DNA of 64,000 bases. Origin: Gemmatimonadales bacterium (GTDB lineage Bacteria; Gemmatimonadota; Gemmatimonadetes; Gemmatimonadales; GWC2-71-9). Of this stretch, positions 61,083 through 64,000 are shown one piece after another. Every line of letters begins with the position of its first letter. Position 1 is the first letter of the stretch. The stretch covers positions 25,203 to 89,202 of the forward strand of contig DAINRR010000005.1 of the NCBI GenBank assembly GCA_036741715.1, given 5' to 3'. The notes beneath the pieces were generated by a model. It was given only the letters and a program-made list of their open reading frames with translations, was not told the origin of the DNA and ran no database searches. Both the position numbers and the translations under genes were made by a program.

Positions 61083-63389
61083 TCAGCGCACCGCCATCTC
61101 CCTGAGCACCCTCTCCTCGAGCGCCGCGAACCGCGCATCCCCGCGCACCGGATCGAAGATCGGATCCGCGAGCAGGCCACGGTGCGGCCACTTCCAGTCG
61201 TCGTACCGCTCGAGCGCCGCGAACGCACTGTCGCGCTCGCCGAGTGCGATCCAGGCGCGAGCGAGGTCGAACGCGCTCGTGCGCCCGATCGCACGCTGCA
61301 GCGACGCGCGCGCGGCCGTGGAATCACCGGCCCGGGCCTGGACGATGGCAAGCTCGGCCTGGGCATAGCCGGCTTCCGGCACGAGGCCAAGGACCCTGCG
61401 CATCGCCGCCTCCGCCTCGACGTGCCGTCCGCGCATCGCCTCGGCCATGGCGAGGTACCGGATGGCCTGCACGTATTGCGGGTCGAGCTCGAGCGACCGG
61501 TCGAGCTGCTCGACCGCGCAGCTCCAGTCGCGCACCAGATAGCAGTGCCATCCCCAGCTCTTCACCATGACCACGGCGAACGGATCGAGTTCGGCCGCTC
61601 GGCGTGCCTCCTGCAGCGCTTCGTCCTCACGCCCCATGGCGGCGATCAGCTGGGCGAGCCAGTTGCGCGCGCGGGCGTGACCCGGCGTGAGTTCGACGGC
61701 GCGCCGGAGCTCACGCTCCGCGCCCGGCCAGTTCTTCTGCCACCAGAGCGACATCGCAAAGGAGGTGTGCGCATCCGCTGACGCAGGATCGAGCGACAGC
61801 GCGCGCTCGGCCGCGCGCGTCATCTGCACACGCACTTCCTCTTCCGACAACGCAGTCGCCCCATGGTGCCAGCCCGTCAGGTGGGCGTCGGCGAGCCCGG
61901 CGTAGGCGTCGGCATAGCCCGAATCGAGCGCCAGCGCGCGCTGGAAGTAGGCATGCGCCTGCCGGTGTCCCTCGATGGTACGCCTCGCCCAGTGGAAGCG
62001 GCCCTGCTGATAGAGCGCGTAGGCCTCGGGGTTGCGCGTCTGGCGGCGCACGAGGGTCCGTGTGCTGTCGCCCACCAGCCTGACTTCGAGGGCGCGTACC
62101 ACGTCGTGGGCGATCGCGTCGAGGACCGGCGCGATGCCGTCGACGCTCGCGTCGTACGAGCGCGCCCAGAGCACTCGCTCGCGCTCCGCCTGTACCAGCC
62201 GCGCCGTGACGCGCAGCTGGCCACCGTTCCGCTTCACGGTCCCGTGCAGCACGTGGGCGACCGCGAGCTCGCGCGCAATCTCCGGCAGCGACGCCACCGA
62301 GCTGCCATAGCGCTCGGCCGACTCGGGCGCGATCACCGTGAGGCCGGGAACCGTCGCGAGCCCCGCGATGATCTCGTCGGTGAGGCCGTCGCCCAGGGGA
62401 TTCGACGCGGCACCGGGCGTGAGGTCCGCGAACGGGAGGACGACGAGTGACGGGGCCGGCCGAGGCCCCTGCCAGAGCGACCAGGATACGAGCGCGAGCG
62501 CGAGGACTGCGAAAACCGCGACCGGAATCCGGCGGGACCGCGGCCTCCGCTCGGCCGGTTCCGGAAGTTCCGCTGGCTGCCCCCCGTCGTCCGGCAGCTC
62601 CGCGAGCGGCTCGCGGGCGCCGGCTCGGCGAGCCGCCCGCGGCGGGATGTCCGAGCGCGGCGCCGGGTCAGTGCGCAGCTGCTCCGCCTTCGCGGCGACT
62701 TCGGGCGCGGTGGTGCCCAACTCCTCGTCGAGCAGCCGCTCGTGCACGGCCGCATGCTGGATCGCGCCGGCGCGATTGCCGCTCGCCTCGAGCGCCCCCA
62801 TCAGCCGGAGGGCGATCTCCGAGTCGAGCGGATCGAATGCCGCGCAGGCGCGCCACCGCTCGATCGCCACGCGGAAGTCTCCCGCCGCTTCCGCCGCTTC
62901 CGCCATTCCCGCCAGACTCTTGCGATAGAGCCCGGCGAGCCGCTCCCGCTCTCGCCCGCTCCACTGGTCGAACGCTTCCGCGTCCGGGAGGAAGAACCCG
63001 TCGAGGAACGGTCCGCTGTAGATCGCAACGGCGGCATCCGGGTTGCCACCGGCCACTGCCGCCTCGAACTCGGACACGTCGGACCGGACGAGGGCGTCGT
63101 CGAGCCGGATGTCATCGCCGTGCGAGACGATCGCCGACCGTCCGAGCGCGTCCCTGAGCACGTGAATGGAAACGCTGAGGAGATTCCGGGCCCGCGGGCC
63201 GTCCACGTCCGGCCACAGCCAGCCCATCAGCTTGTCCCGGCTCATCCGGCGGTCGGGCACGAGCGAGAGGAGCGCGAGCAGGGCGATGCGATGCCGCTGC
63301 GCCGGCCGGCCCGATGCGGGAGTGCCATCGGGGAGCTCGAGCGACGGACTGCCGAGGAGTCGAAGGCGGGCCGGGCGGGACAGGGTCAT
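61083..63389 (-). CDS. SARP/BTAD-family regulator with periplasmic TolB_N-like and TPR domains (paralogue 3, closest to 32529-34820)
   Basis: Start trimmed to ATG 63389 (MTLSRPARLRLLGSPSLELPDG). Long stretches are near-identical to paralogue 1, for example 'GLTDEIIAGLATVP.LTVIA', 'LPEIARELxVxHVLHGTV', 'LRVTARLVxAERERVxWA'. Confidence 0.9.
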   Translation of the reverse strand: MTLSRPARLRLLGSPSLELPDGTPASGRPAQRHRIALLALLSLVPDRRMSRDKLMGWLWPDVDGPRARNLLSVSIHVLRDALGRSAIVSHGDDIRLDDALVRSDVSEFEAAVAGGNPDAAVAIYSGPFLDGFFLPDAEAFDQWSGRERERLAGLYRKSLAGMAEAAEAAGDFRVAIERWRACAAFDPLDSEIALRLMGALEASGNRAGAIQHAAVHERLLDEELGTTAPEVAAKAEQLRTDPAPRSDIPPRAARRAGAREPLAELPDDGGQPAELPEPAERRPRSRRIPVAVFAVLALALVSWSLWQGPRPAPSLVVLPFADLTPGAASNPLGDGLTDEIIAGLATVPGLTVIAPESAERYGSSVASLPEIARELAVAHVLHGTVKRNGGQLRVTARLVQAERERVLWARSYDASVDGIAPVLDAIAHDVVRALEVRLVGDSTRTLVRRQTRNPEAYALYQQGRFHWARRTIEGHRQAHAYFQRALALDSGYADAYAGLADAHLTGWHHGATALSEEEVRVQMTRAAERALSLDPASADAHTSFAMSLWWQKNWPGAERELRRAVELTPGHARARNWLAQLIAAMGREDEALQEARRAAELDPFAVVMVKSWGWHCYLVRDWSCAVEQLDRSLELDPQYVQAIRYLAMAEAMRGRHVEAEAAMRRVLGLVPEAGYAQAELAIVQARAGDSTAARASLQRAIGRTSAFDLARAWIALGERDSAFAALERYDDWKWPHRGLLADPIFDPVRGDARFAALEERVLREMAVR

Positions 63390-63625
63390 CGTGAATTGTC
63401 GGGAATGCGGGGATGATTCGACGTACCGTTTCAATGTACCGCGCCCGACCGCGCCCCGCTCGCGGCCGCGCGGCGACGCCGGCACACCCTGCCTAACACC
63501 TTCGCGCACACACACTTCGCTCAGGTGAAATCCAGGCGAAGCCGAGGTGAGCGCGCCTCGTAGCATTCCCTCGTCGGTCGACGGCACTTCCGCCGCCGCC
63601 CCGCCACCATCACGACGAGGGCACC

Positions 63626-64000
63626 ATGAGATCGAAGCTGCTGTACGCGGTCCTGAGCGCCGCCGCGCTCTCCGCCTGCTCCGCCGATGCCGACCCGGTC
63701 GGCCCTTCGGCGGACCCCATCATCGAATCGGCAGCCAGGCCCTCCGCCCCATCGGCCGGCGACGTCGAGGACCTCCAGGACGCGCTCGATCGGATCGCGA
63801 CGAGCCTCGACGGCGCGGCCGCGGGCACGCTGCGCTCGGCGCTGCAGCAGACCATTGCCGCGACGCGCTCGGCCGACGCTGCGGGACGGCGTGGAGCCAT
63901 CGGGGCCGCGCTTCGTGCCGTGGACAATGTCGAGCTCGAGGGCGGTGCAGCTGTCGCCGCCGAGGCGGAAGCGATCCGGCTGGTGCTGCTGGCGCGGCAG
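63626..64000 (+). CDS. lipoprotein, unknown function; 3' end runs off the window
   Basis: Absent from the track because it is edge-truncated. ATG 63626 gives MRSKLLYAVLSAAALSAC (lipobox), followed by an Ala/Asp-rich helical sequence that stays open to the window end. Confidence 0.6.
   Translation, partial: MRSKLLYAVLSAAALSACSADADPVGPSADPIIESAARPSAPSAGDVEDLQDALDRIATSLDGAAAGTLRSALQQTIAATRSADAAGRRGAIGAALRAVDNVELEGGAAVAAEAEAIRLVLLARQ

Overview
Very GC-rich (by eye about two-thirds G+C, not computed), densely coding bacterial chromosomal DNA. The gene content includes three SARP/BTAD-TPR regulators, an ECF sigma factor next to a Ser/Thr kinase with a PD40 propeller, and many lipoproteins with beta-propeller or Ig-like domains. 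This resembles Gemmatimonadota/Acidobacteriota-type soil bacteria, but that is inference only. I support about 55 protein-coding genes. I found no rRNA, tRNA, CRISPR array, transposase or integrase. The ORF track is full of long antisense and alternative-frame ORFs because of the GC content. I kept only frames with recognisable domains or clean signal peptides, and I trimmed several starts. I added two genes the track lacks: an edge-truncated M28 peptidase (1-2291, minus) and a 57-codon membrane ORF (38956-39129, minus). Main points of interest follow. (1) A tightly coupled minus-strand operon at 34.9-39.6 kb encodes an Rrf2/NsrR-like regulator, a small TM peptide, a CuA subunit II, a ba3-like heme-copper oxidase subunit I in which the cross-link tyrosine is replaced (GHSAQQ), a membrane-fused SCO1 and a tethered cupredoxin. 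It sits behind a perfect AT-rich 9-4-9 palindrome and is a candidate non-canonical NO reductase module. A lipoprotein NirK lies elsewhere in the window. (2) Divergent from that operon is a gene fusing di-heme cytochrome b, a 2x[4Fe-4S] ferredoxin and an MvhD/FlpD-like domain, plus a coupled acidic partner gene. (3) A family of double-hairpin (UGAA-loop) repeats shows compensatory stem changes. It includes a 140-bp tandem array in an 844-bp intergenic gap and a second locus at 58 kb. (4) A relic of a segmental duplication (an ion-channel 3' end) lies next to two lipoproteins that share an N-terminal module but carry different propellers. (5) Smaller oddities include an atypical voltage-sensor channel, a eukaryote-like LRR protein, the same 9-bp in-frame repeat in two genes, and a 246-bp convergent gene overlap.
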